Positions 32,881 through 44,619 of a stretch of 64,000 nucleotides of DNA are shown here, piece after piece. This DNA is from Takakia lepidozioides (taxonomy: Eukaryota; Plantae; Bryophyta): the NCBI GenBank assembly GCA_030704615.1, contig CM060731.1:69378001-69442000 (forward strand), written 5' to 3'. Every line of letters begins with the position of its first letter. Within the stretch, counting starts at the first letter, position 1. Both the position numbers and the translations under genes were made by a program. A model generated the notes under the pieces. The model was given only the letters and a program-made list of their open reading frames with translations. It searched no databases and had not been told where the DNA came from.

Positions 32881-33091
32881 AACGTGTGAGCGTACGCTCA
32901 CACAATGATGACGTGGCGTGAGCCTACGCTCACGCTGCTGACATGGCGCTGATGCTGACGTGGCGTGAGCCTGGTCCAGGTCATGCCACGTCACCACAAA
33001 GAAGGTGGGCCTATAACCGTGGAGCCCCCAATTGCTGATTTCCCCACATGAAGGTGAAATGGATGAAGGGTTTTGGGCTTTCCTGGAGTTC

Positions 33092-33323
33092 AACCTTCTG
33101 TTAACAGGAGCTTCATTTCGTAGAATTGAAATGAACCTCGTGTCGACACAAGGGGGATTTGGAGAACTTCAACAAAACCTCGTGTTAACACGAGGTTATT
33201 TTCCTGGAACAAAAATGAACTTCGTGTTGACACGATGTTGTTTTCTGAGAACTAAAATCATCCTTGTGTCAACACAAGGAGGATTTGGAGAACTTCAAGT
33301 AAACCTCGTGTTGAGACGAGGTT
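33092..33323. repeat. Six ~22-bp palindromes AACCTCGTGTYRACACGAGGTT at exact 42-bp period
   Basis: Cores at 33100, 33142, 33184, 33226, 33268, 33310; copies 2 and 5 share flanks (126-bp higher-order unit). Confidence 0.9.
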
Positions 33324-33505
33324 GATTTGATCATCTGTCTATCTGAAGGTAGTTTCTTGTGTTTGCTAATGAAAAGAGAATGACAAACCAATGCGACAAA
33401 TGCATTGACCCACGCATAGCAAAGATGTTAGACGACATACATTGAGAGTCACTGGACTTGAACAGTCATTCCATTACAAGTTGTAGTCAAGGAAAACACA
33501 GATTT

Positions 33506-36500
33506 TTATGGGCTTGTATCCCGCTGTAGAAGTGTGTTGACTTCGTTGAAACTCATAGTGGCTTGGTGAATGAAGAAGTCGCGCTTTGGATCACAAACCA
33601 TCCTTCTCAAGAAGACGAAATAAAGGTGTTTGCACGGTATGAACTTCCCTCTCTTTCCCAAACTACTTGAAAGCATACCAACAAAATCAGGACATGTACA
33701 ATTGGGAAAATTGGAAACAGTGATTTCGTACGTCCTGTCCTGCAGCGGAGATGCGGATGAGATCATGGTGAAGACCCGACCATACCCTGGATCAGGCACT
33801 TCCATTGTTCCCGCAACACGAGCGTGAAGCATTCTGGCGGACTCAATTTTGCCGTAGTGTTCTGCGGTTGGAGGGAATCGTCGAACCAACTTCCCATTCC
33901 GTCTGGTTGGCCACAAGTGAGCGTCAGGCGGAGGTACCCGTGAACCGCTTCCACTTGAAGCACCTTCACGTGCAATGGAATGTCTGGCTAGGGAGAAACC
34001 CGCCTCTTCCAGCATTGCGATCTCTCGGTGAGTGAGACCTGTGCCCATCTTCACAGGCCACACGGTTGGTGGAGTAGGCTTCCTTACCACGGAAGGCCTC
34101 ACTGTACCATGCACACATCTCCCACAATCGTCAGCGCAGAACCAGAACTTGTGGTTCTTTGCCTCGCCTTGTCCGTAAGGGAGAAACAAACCCGTGAATG
34201 TAGGAGCTGCAATGCGTTCTTTCCCTCTGGATATTAATGATGTACATTTTTCATGATTGGTGGCCCTGATCGCCGCGCATTTCACACGCGATCCAGCACT
34301 TGTGCGTTCTATATGCCAAACATCGTCCAAGCCCTCAGACTCGATTATATGCGACACCACGTTCTGGTCTTCAACCATTGCAGTGACAGTGCTTGATGCA
34401 GGGGTCCGGTCTGGGGCAGAGTAGCCCTCACCTGTGGATGTTCCGCAATTCCATCTCTGATCCAAGGGAACACGTGGCGTCGAGAAGTTGACCCTGTCCG
34501 CCCTATGGGAATCTGCATCCGATCCCGGAGGGGTGTCCAATTTCCGTTTGCAAGACCCGAATCTCTCTTCGCCTTCCAGATGGGGAACTCTTCCCACGAG
34601 AGGGGTGCCATCTGCACATATGCTCACTGCCCGCGCTATTTTGCTAGGATCCCCTGATCTTCCAGCTGCCCGCAACATCAACTCGCTCCTGTCCGGACCT
34701 TTGCCACCAAGGCCACCCCTCAAGAATGACCTGTATCTGGTTTGCTGCTGTAGAGCACGAATAAGGTCATCGGCCGTCGCTGCATACAAATCTCTCCCTT
34801 TTTTGCCGGATTGCTGCAACCAGGCATTGTGCACTGTCTCCGCAAGATTGCAAGAAGGCATGTCCGCCATCTCCTCAATGGACATATGCTGCAAGGCAAA
34901 AAAACACAAAGCCCATATTAGAGTTGGACCCTGAAAGATATATTGGAAGCACCCAAGCAAACTTTTGAATGCAAACCACTCACCGTTGTCATGGCCGCTC
35001 CCCACTGTCAGTAACGGAAGTGCCAAAATGCGAACCAGTCTTGCAGTGCCCTCATGCTGTCCTCCGATGCCGCTCCAGATGAGTACCACCAGGCACGAAT
35101 TGTCTGGAACAATGTATTCGCTTCCCCCATAGTTTTGGCGTCTTTGTACTGTTTGCACAGTTGACGATGCATACTCTGCATATCTGGCTTGATGTACGTC
35201 TTTGTGTGTTTGTCGAGGGATTGTGTCCAATGGAAAAGACACGTACGTTCTCTTCCAGGCATTGGCACTTTTGGATCTCCCGACCCGAACACAATGCGGA
35301 CAGCGTTGAAGTTAGCTTGAGCACTATCGGCCATGAAACCAACGAAATTGGGAGATGGGAGACCATTGGAGGCCATAACACGAATGAGAGCTTCCCACAT
35401 GAGCTGCTGTGAATCTGTGTCCTCTGACTGCATGTCACACACTGCAATTGTCATGACCCGCTGGTACACAGGGTCGTAAACATGACATGCCATTGTGGTC
35501 CAGTCTTTAACTCTCTTGACATGATCGAACATAAGGAAGCAGTTGCCAAGATCGCCACCCTTCTGCATACGTTTAACCAGGCTGACCCCGCTGCCCTCAC
35601 CTTTTGTGGACATTTTGAACAAGAACACTTTCCTGGCTCCTTGTCCCGGGAAAACGCTGTCTTGGATGTAGTCGTACATGCTCCTTTTCTTCAAATCCAT
35701 AATATTGTCCATATAACCTCGGCTCCCAGAGCCCATTCTTAAAGCGTTCACCTGATTCCTAATGTTTGGAGAAGTCAAAGTAGAGAAATGGTCCATAACA
35801 GTGTCCAAAGCTGGTCCTTCCAGCATTCCTCCAACCGAATTTGATGCACACAGAATACGGCTTTCCAGAAAGGACTTGCTCGCCCCCATGGCAATTGCAG
35901 ATGTGGTGCCAGTTGGATTGGTATCCAACTCTTGCCTTATCAGACGAGAGACTGTGTCAACGCTCTCCCTATAATCCCCCTTGGACACAGGGTGGTTGTG
36001 AAAACCGAAATGGACACAGGCTCTAGTCAGGTTTTTGAATCGATGCACCACATAATACATTCTGGCGCCACACAAAGCAAGGCAGCAAGGTGGTACCCTA
36101 CAGAACTTGCACACAAAAGTGTTACTGTATGGTGGTGTTACCCCAGGCTTGAATGGATTCTCACTGACTCCATCCCATTCGCTTTGGTTTTGCACACCTG
36201 ACAATGCGAAGTGTCTGCATTTCATGTTCTCGCATTTCAAGTGCCCATTACAGACTGTTCGCCTGAATATGAGGTTGTCGTTGTTGTGAATATTGGATGT
36301 TTTTGTGCGGCACCAAGGGTGCCCATCGTGCTTTTTGTCCATTCCTTCCAGGAGACTGGAAATCCCCCCACGCGACCAGGAGGAGGCAGCTCAAAACAGT
36401 ATTACCATCAAACGATTCCGGCAAGAATGCCACCCTTTCAATATTGAAAGTGCTCCAGTCTATCCCCCTCAACTCACTCTTGAATCCTGCCATCCCACCC

Positions 36501-37135
36501 ATCGCTTTCAATTTAGGAATGACACTGGAGATCTCCTCCACATCTGGTTCTACATGTGGACATGGCTGATCCACAGGCGGAATTGCACATGTGTCATCGG
36601 AGGATGAGTCCGAAAGGTCAACTACAGTGTTAACGGCAGTCGCCTCCTTCTTCACAACCACTGGTGTCTTCTCCTGGGCCACTGATGCTGCCGTGCCAGG
36701 AGTTACGAACGATCCTGCAGACTGTCTCAGAGGAGCACTGAGCACCCTGTATCTGCCTGGAGGCACTCTCCATTGCGTGGTTGGTGCAGTTTGCGATGGT
36801 TTCTGGAACGCGTACTTGAGCAGTTTTCCATTGGCATCGTACACTTCCCTCTGAAGGAATAGACTACCATTTTCCAACCGAAACTGCGTTGCGAGGACGA
36901 GTTCATGAACCACCGCAAAACCATCATCTTCCACCTCGTAAGAAAATGGAACAGGGTGTTCGTCACTGAAGAAGTCCGCGTCAAGGGAGCCCACAGCCTG
37001 GGAAGCCATATGTCGATGTTGCTTCAGAAAGTACAGTTCAAAGTCCGATGGTGCTTCTGAATGCAGGTTGTGTGAGAGTGGAGTTTTGGCGTCCTCATAC
37101 ACAATTGTTCTCTCAGAATTGCCCCACCAGTGCAT
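33506..37135 (-). pseudogene. MULE transposase: GCM/WRKY-like Zn DNA-binding domain, DDE core, C-terminal SWIM finger
   Basis: C..C..C...CKFC...C...GFHNHP domain; FLMFDH (D), FMADSA (D), CLFHW (CxxH), NLAETVH (E); CTCPDF...PCKH SWIM. Intron 34983-34889; in-frame TGA at 35010-35008; frameshift near 36390. Start may be ~37009. Confidence 0.85.
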
Positions 37136-38193
37136 TAGCTGACAGATTCACTGACAGAGCCGCCAATGTCGTTGTCATGTCAGGGAGGCCAGAAGAGATG
37201 CCCATTTCCATTAAATTTTGACGGCAACTGCACCGCTGCACAACTGAATATAATTCACATTCCTCTGGAACATTCCACCCTAAATTACCCAACAATGAAT
37301 TTTTTCAGATGAGAGTCGATTACACCCTAACGATTTTTGGATGGATGATGTTTGAATGATATCTGCCGTTATACATAGGGTTAGACCCCAACGAATTTTG
37401 TAAGGATGATGATTCATTGATCTCCGCCGTTAAACGTAGGGGTAGAGATACCCCGATTACATTTTTGGAAGGATGATGTTTCAATAATTCCGGCCGTTTT
37501 ACATAACGACTACATAGACACGTGTTCGCCATGCATGTGGATTGAGTCGGTGGCGCACTGAACGGTCCGAGCGAACATCTTGGCGTTGAAGGCCTCGCGA
37601 TGAACCTCAGATAGTGTTCTTTTTGCCTGAGTAACTCATTTTCTTTGCAACCCTGGATTCCGCAGAGACGGTGTCCCTACTTCGAGGGAGAAGCAAGCGT
37701 CGAAGAACACTGTATTTCACGTCAAACAAGGAAAGGGCACGCGCTAAGGAGAGGATGAGAAAGGCGAGACGGGAGCTTAGAATGGGAGAAGAAACCCCGC
37801 GAGATGAGGAAGAGGAAGGGCAAAAGAGGATTCAGCAACCGCAGTGTGGAGAGGAAGGTCTTGAAGTGATCCAGGAGGCGACAGACGAGCAACCTGCAAT
37901 CGAAGGAGGGATGAGGAGGAAGTAAGCTGGGCTCGGGAGGAAGCAGTGAGAGTACAGAACCTGGCCTTCAAAGACCAGGGAGAACAAACGGACGTAGGAA
38001 CGCGGCCGTCTGCCCCTGTTTCGCACCATCGCGACCTCCTTGGAAGCATGCTACCTGAAGACCGCATGGAAAAATTGAACGCGACAGGAGCATCATCAAG
38101 TGCAAAGCAGAAACCCCAGGTAGCTACGAACTTTCTTTTTCTCTCTCTGTTTCTGTCTTTTTCTCTCTCTGTTTCATGCTAAGCATTGAGGAC

Positions 38194-38830
38194 GACATCA
38201 ACCTTGCGTCAACGCAAGGTTGAAGTCGACCTCCAAAGTGTATTTGCTGGGCTCAAAACAGTGCAGAAACTGCACCACAATCTGTACGGTTTCATGCTAA
38301 GAATTGAGGTGGACATCAACCTTGCGTCAACGCAAGGTTGAAGTCGACCTCAATGCTTTTTTGCTGGGCATAAAACAGTGTAGAAACTGCACTACAATCA
38401 AGGTAGAGAGACATGGATGCTTCCGACGCATCATGGATTTCAAAGAGGAAGCAGAGACAGGAGTCTCCATTTACTGTAGATATTTGCTTCGCTGAACCCC
38501 GATAAGAGAGCTCGCAATCAACCTTGCGTCAACGCAAGGTTGATCCCAACCTGCATATTGTATGTTTAGAGCTTGTAGTGAAACCAACAGAGGCTGCACA
38601 GGAATCAACCTTGCGTTGACGCAAGGCTGGTTTTCATGATATCTTTGCACAATGGATGCGTCCGATATCCCACTGTCCTCACTGTAAGGTAGGGAAAGTT
38701 CATTCTTCGAGGCTCCCAAAAGAACCCTGCGTCAACGCAAAACATAATTTGGGTCCAAACGTCTTTCCTGTATGCCTTTCAGTCTAAGTTACGTCCCCAT
38801 CAATCAACCTTGCGTCAAAGCAAGGTTGAT
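38194..38830. repeat. Six palindromes TCAACCTTGCGTYRACGCAAGGTTGA in intron 1 of the accessory gene
   Basis: Cores at 38208, 38326, 38528, 38615, 38731, 38814; the first two lie in a 118-bp tandem duplication. Confidence 0.9.
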
Positions 38831-40739
38831 GCATGGGAGCTCAATCTCACACTCACAGATTATTAATTCTGTGCAGAGGAAAAGAAAAAGGAAATCCGAG
38901 GGGGAAGATTTGGCCGCTTCAGAAGGTGATGAAGAGTCACTGGAGGGACACTATGAAAACAAGGCCGAGGAGATAATGGGTGGGCAAAAAGTGAACTCGT
39001 CGAAGGTGATTCTGTCGATGGAGGTTCCCGGCGGAAACCTGGTCATTCCGCTTTGCAGGATGATCTCCATGCCCGCTGTTCGACCGGCATTGAGGAACGA
39101 TATAACAAAGTTGAAGAACGACTTTGTTCACGGCTATGTGAAGGGATCAGCAGTGTTCTACGTATCCACTATGAACACAAAAGGAGAGGAGTGTCTTGTA
39201 ACAGAGGACATTGAGCAAAGTTGGGATGAATGCTGGCGGGATGTGAACAGGGAGTTCGAGTTCAAGCTGTCGAAGAAGACCTCCACAAAAGCATTCATGG
39301 GGAAGATGTTTTTTGTCTGGGATGGGAACCACAGACTGCTTGCCTGGATGGATTACATTTCAAGCATGCACTCTGGACGACATCGAATGGCACTGGAGCG
39401 TGGTTTCCATGGTTCTGGATCACAAAGGGCATGTCACGCAGCTCTTGACAGCCATGCACGACATAAACAAGTAAGTCTCCATCTTTGTGTCTGTTCCTCG
39501 TTTCGACAATTAGAAATCATCTTATGAGTTGACGGTTTTTCCAGGTCCAACGAAACATCTCATGTGACCACCAATCTGTGCCACACTCTATTCCGCATCC
39601 AGAAGGTAGGGCTGATGCCACTGGAGTCATTCACGAACGTGCTTAGTCCACAGCAGATGAAGAGGTGTGCTGAGAAGAAGACAAGCACATGGTATAGCTT
39701 GACAAGGGAGGCTTTCCTTGACTACATGTACACTGTAAGCTTCTTGACACTGCTTGCTTTTTGACACTGCAAGCTTCTTGACACTACCTGTTGTTACTAT
39801 TTTCTCACAAGTAATGACAGTGTTTCATTCTTTTTACCTGCAATGTATGCAGCAAGAAATAGCAGAAACCGGCTTGAAGGCGAAAGCTGAGTACTATGAT
39901 TCCCACACTGAAGAGCAGCGGTCTGCATCTGGGCTTGAGGACACGATGAAGTTCGAGATGAATAATCAAAGGAAGAACCTCATGAGTGCATTCGACAAAC
40001 AAATCAGGATAGCAGATCCAGGGCTTGGCACAGAATTTCTGGAGCAGGTGAAAGTGCACTATGACAAGTTTGGCTCCAAGCCAGAAATGACTCAGGAGAA
40101 ACTACATCGCCTTTCCATTTCAATGGTGGACAATGCAACGAAAATCAGGTGGTTGGAGATATGGAACTCGGATCCTCTTGTGAGAGACACGAATATGTTT
40201 CCAACTCCAGAGAGAGACCCGAAGACACAAGCAATAAAAGTTGTAAGCGACCAGACATTCGACCAGTGGCTACACAAAGCCACATTTTGGAGCCAGGTAA
40301 GGTTACCACCAAACCATTTTCAGACATGTGTGTTGCTCCGTAATTCCGCTCCCAACCTCTCCAAAATTCTTACAAGCTTTCTTGTTGCAGTTAGAAAAAC
40401 GTGCAGTGGCTGCACTTGCTGAGTCGATGGCAGACTACAAAATCAAGATGGCTTGCCCCCGGATCACACTGGAGGCCTATATCAGGAGGTGGAAGCTCGC
40501 TGTCTGGAACAATTGCTTCTTCAGGGAGTTTGAAAAAGACAAAGGAATCTCCAGATCGTACGAGTTCAAAAACCAGCTGAACAGCGAGCAAGCAATGAAA
40601 CGAGTGTTGTACAGGTGTGATCTCCTTACTCAATTGTGGTACTTGAAGGGCGTGCATCTGCAATCTTCTGTCATACTTTCAGATTTGCGATTTTGCGTGG
40701 CTTTGAGGGATCTCTGGGGGCTCTGAATGTGCTGTCCAG

Positions 40740-41366
40740 CAACATTGCGTTGACGCAAAGTTGTTTCCCATGGTCCTGGTTTCACTTACCTATATCTGGG
40801 TATCCCATACTGGCGTTTTATTGCATGTGAATGGGGGTGAATGGACAGGAAAATCAGCCTTGCGTCAACGCAATGTTGATGAGACGCAGACTATGTACCT
40901 TTTCCTCTGGTTTGGGGCAGTTCAAATCCAGATCCAATTCTGCCAACTTGAACATAACAATGTTTGGAGTCTATTTCAAATGCTATTTTCAGCTTTCACT
41001 ATGCCAACAAACAGACTTGCGTTGACGCAAGGTTGTTTGGCGGTATGGATTGATGGAAATGTCCCTGTGCATCCCCCAACTTCCATGCAATTGTAGGAGA
41101 CTTTCGATTGTCAGATATAATATCGATGTTTGTTTCAACAGAGGAATTCAACATTGCGCCAACGCAATGTTGAATATCCATAGCAGTACATAGTGAGATG
41201 GTGGTTTTCAGGCATTGTTTCCCATTTCATCTGTGAGTGAAAACAACATTGCGTTGACGCAATGTTGTATTGCACTTGTCAGTCGTTGTCTCTATCAATA
41301 CAACGTAACCACTAGGTGTTTCCCATTTTTGCTCGAATCAACATTGCGTCAACGCAAGGTTGATTC
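40740..41366. repeat. Six palindromes CAAC(A/C)TTGCGTYRACGCAA(T/G)GTTG in intron 5 of the accessory gene
   Basis: Cores at 40749, 40864, 41021, 41158, 41253, 41348. Confidence 0.9.
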
Positions 41367-44119
41367 TGGACAGCAAAAGTTGATTACCAGGTGTTCCCTT
41401 CCTTTATTTCAATATCTTCTTCTGAATGTCTGTTCTTTTCCATTTTCCGCTTGACTGACTATCTGGGTTTTTGGTGTTTGATTCAGGTATATGTATCATA
41501 TCCTCATACCGGGAAAGTACCTTAGCGATGACCCAGACTTCATCTATTCATGGGCTGACCCCTCCAATGAGAAGACAATGTACACGGCTGGTATTGCCAG
41601 AGACTGGAGCAGGGCGCACTTCAGAGACTGTGGGTGGTACCTCGACCTGCCAAAACAGGACACACCATTCGATGAAGTTGTTTGGAAAACCTGAACGACA
41701 ATGCCGCAGCGATTGCCCCATTGGCAGACAAAGACATTCAGGACAGAATCATTTCTACTCTGGCTGCAAAAGAGCCCGAGAGAACTGCCACTCCAAAACG
41801 AAAGGGGAAGACTGTCGGGGATCCTAAGGGGAAGGGGAAAAGTGCAGCTCCGCAAGGACAGGGACCGTCAGAGGTTCCTGTCAGAGAGCCTTCTCCCGCA
41901 AGGAGGGATAGGAGAACATCAAAGTCGAGGGAGCAGCCTTACGAGGCGAGAGAACATCCTCTAGGGTTTTGGGCCAGTTCAATCGTAGGGTGCTGAATGA
42001 AAGTTTTCTTGCAATGATGGAGTCCAGGAAGTCCACTTTCAAAGGGGTGCCCTCGAAATCATGGGACATGCTTGTTTCGTTCCTCACTCAGGTAAACACT
42101 TCTGTCTAAACTGTTGTATGAATAATTGTGTTTTGGCATCTTGTTGTGGCTTTTCCAGGGGATGGATCTCCTGCTCGATTTGGATTGGGCTTCTTACACT
42201 GTCTCCTGTTTTTTCCCTGTAGGTGACAAAAAATCCGGAATGGGTGAATGGAGTTCAGCAGGCATACGCGACTGACCTTGTGGTGTTGGACATTCCTGAC
42301 GGTTATCCTGTCCCTGATGTGTTTCCCTTCCAATTCGACCCCGACTTGGAACAAATTCGGATTCTCGTTATTGGCAGTGGGCTTTCTCGTTCAGCAACAA
42401 TTCCTTTCGGACTCGGGGGCTCTTCTTCTCATGCAGTCAAAGGACATGTCGGCCCGAAGAACTCTTTTCAGCTACATGAAAGCCTCCGGGTTTCGTGTCA
42501 TCAAAACTTGGACATGCATCAATACTCTGCCTCTTACGAAGGGCGAGTTCCCGGGGCAGAAAGTGAGTTGGTTCCTTTCAATTCATGTTTCGTTGTTTTT
42601 TCGGTAAATATAAAATGCTGGGTTATGCCTTCTGTCTCATGCTCTCTTCCTCATTGTTGAAGACACGGGTGTTCGAAGCTTGTGCCTGGTGGGGGAAGGA
42701 CACTCTTCCTCCTGGTGTTGCTGAGTTCCAGATGAGGGACCTTGCAGCTCATATTGACCCCCACCTGCGAGCCTATGGAGGATGATGTTCTCTTCAATTA
42801 CGTGGACTCGGGTCGAACTATGAAAAGGTCGATTGGTGTCCCTTGGAGAGGTGCACGGGAGAAATCTCCAGCTTTCATGCAGACTTTGGTGGAGACATGC
42901 AGCCGTCATGGTGGACGAGTGGTCGACTTGTCTATGGGCACAGGTGGGGCACTTTACATTGTGATTGACATATGGGCAGTAACCTTAGGGAAACCTGTTG
43001 TTTATTTCTCGTTCTTCTTGGATTTGCAGGAGCATGTTTTCATGCTTGCAAGAGCGCCGGAAGGCACTTCTTCGGCATGGAAGCTGATACGGAGCTCTTC
43101 TCGAGCGAGCTTCGTCAGCTTGAGTCGGACACTACTTCTACCCCATCCAAAGAGGGACTTCTGGAGGAGCCCGAAGCGCCTGACGAGGATCTGGACGTGG
43201 ACTCCGATTTTGAGTGTGAGTAAGTTCTTCTGTAGTCGTTCAAAATATGGCATTGTGTGGCAAAAAATTGCTTAACATTGTCTATATCTGGATGTTAACA
43301 TCTGCAACCATTTCTCTTGTTCCTTTCCAGAGTTCTGCACCAGTCATTGAATCAGCAGACACCTTTCGGATTCCAAGGATACTACATGTCCCCGAGTCCC
43401 CCTAGATCCAACCGCTTGCCGGTTTACGCGGAAGCTTGCGCACGGGTGTTATCCGAACAAACACTGTATTCGCACTCTCCATAAAGGTCGTGGAAAAAAA
43501 AAACGTCATGTATGTGCTGCTGTTTCATAGATGATATTGCCTATTAACTCTGGCAGTGGTTCCTCTGAAACCTCCATATTTCTTGACGGTTCAAGTACTG
43601 AGGCTCAATAAATTGTGTTTTGGCTTTGCTTCCATCCCATACTGTTTTTCAAGTTCTCTGCGCGTTCCCGTAAGTACAGTTAGGGATTGCCTACGGTATT
43701 TCTTCGGAGTGCGGAATTGAAAAATGTTTGTGTGTTGGAGTGAATGTACTGCTTTGCCAAAAAAACATTTTTTCTTTTCAGATTCAGTTCTGTAGTGGGC
43801 GATCTCCTCATTCCAAAGTCAGGATCTCCCACAAAATTCATCCGCAAACCTGCCATTGTTCTCGGCCACAAGGAATATTCATGTGGGGGGCAGTAAAGAG
43901 GGATAAAAATTAGGACATAGGGGGGGGGGGAAGCACGGACATAGGTAAAAGGGGGGGGGGAGCACGGTAATAGGGGTGAGAGCACGGAACCCGGTAATAG
44001 GGGGGGGGGGAGCACGGAATTAGGGCCTGAACACGTGGATGCTTGCTGACGTGGCGTGAGCATAGCCAGGCTCACAGGCTCACAGGCTCACAGGCCAGGC
44101 TCACGCGCAAGCATTCCCC

Positions 44120-44348
44120 CCTTCGTGGCCCCTTGGTAGCTCCATACATCTCCTACATTGTGTACCAAAACAATGGCAAAGAAACAACTTGCACCGCGGT
44201 GCGTCCTCTGATTCACAATCCGAACAGAACCTTCCGTAGAATACACAGGAGGTGAAGGTGGCCTAAACCGCACACCTCGTCGCGTGTACCCACTAGTATC
44301 GCTAGTGCTCGAACCGGCACTGTCCCCAGCAACTAGTGGCACCTCCAT
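44120..44348 (-). pseudogene. Gypsy-type gag N-terminus
   Basis: ATG at 44348 (MEVPLVAG...), frameshift, then LPLFWYTM*EMYGATKG joining PRRYSG at 32880 across the TSD. Confidence 0.65.
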
Positions 44349-44619
44349 GTTGACACTCAACCGATCATGAACATGTCCCTAATCCCCTCTCCACAAGGTA
44401 ACCGGGTAGAGAACCTGTTGCGGCTTATGGTTTGGAATACTAAGTTCCTAACATAGCCTACACCTGTACTTGCATGACCATAAGAATATCATGAAGATAC
44501 TCCTCAAACCGTCCTCCACGAGCTTCAAAATTCGGCCTTCAAGACCACATGCCAGTCCTTAGGCAGTCCACCAGTGCCTCCACGAGTCAGCACAGGCCGT
44601 CCATAGGTCAACACGGGCC

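Larger units (their letters stand above)
37665..43223 (+). pseudogene. Transposon accessory gene: acidic N-terminus, NLS, ParB/Srx-like domain, C-terminal beta-class N4C/N6A DNA methyltransferase-like domain (>=9 exons, several 1-nt frameshifts)
   Basis: Exons ~37665-38119, 38877-39470, 39545-39733, ~39853-40296, 40391-40614, 41488-42091, 42223-42562, 42663-42943, 43030-43223. RKRKRK NLS; VRPA...FFVWDGNHRLLAW (DGNHR at 39321); DLVVLDIPDGY (42289, motif IV-like); PWRGAREKSPAFMQTLVETCSRHGGRVVDLSMGTG|ACFHACKSAGRHFFGMEAD (motif X/I/II-like). Start and stop are uncertain. Confidence 0.75.
32881..44119. mobile_element. Non-TIR Mutator-like (MULE) DNA transposon, 11.2 kb, two divergent genes
   Basis: Flanked by direct duplication CCTTCGTGGC (32871-32880 and 44120-44129); removing it restores gag (...YGATKGPRRYSG...). 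Contains a MULE-type transposase. Confidence 0.85.

Noticed and set aside
33092-33323. CRISPR-like array of regularly spaced palindromes
   Set aside because: Linkers are short (~20 bp) and related to each other rather than unique spacers; no cas genes; eukaryotic transposon context.
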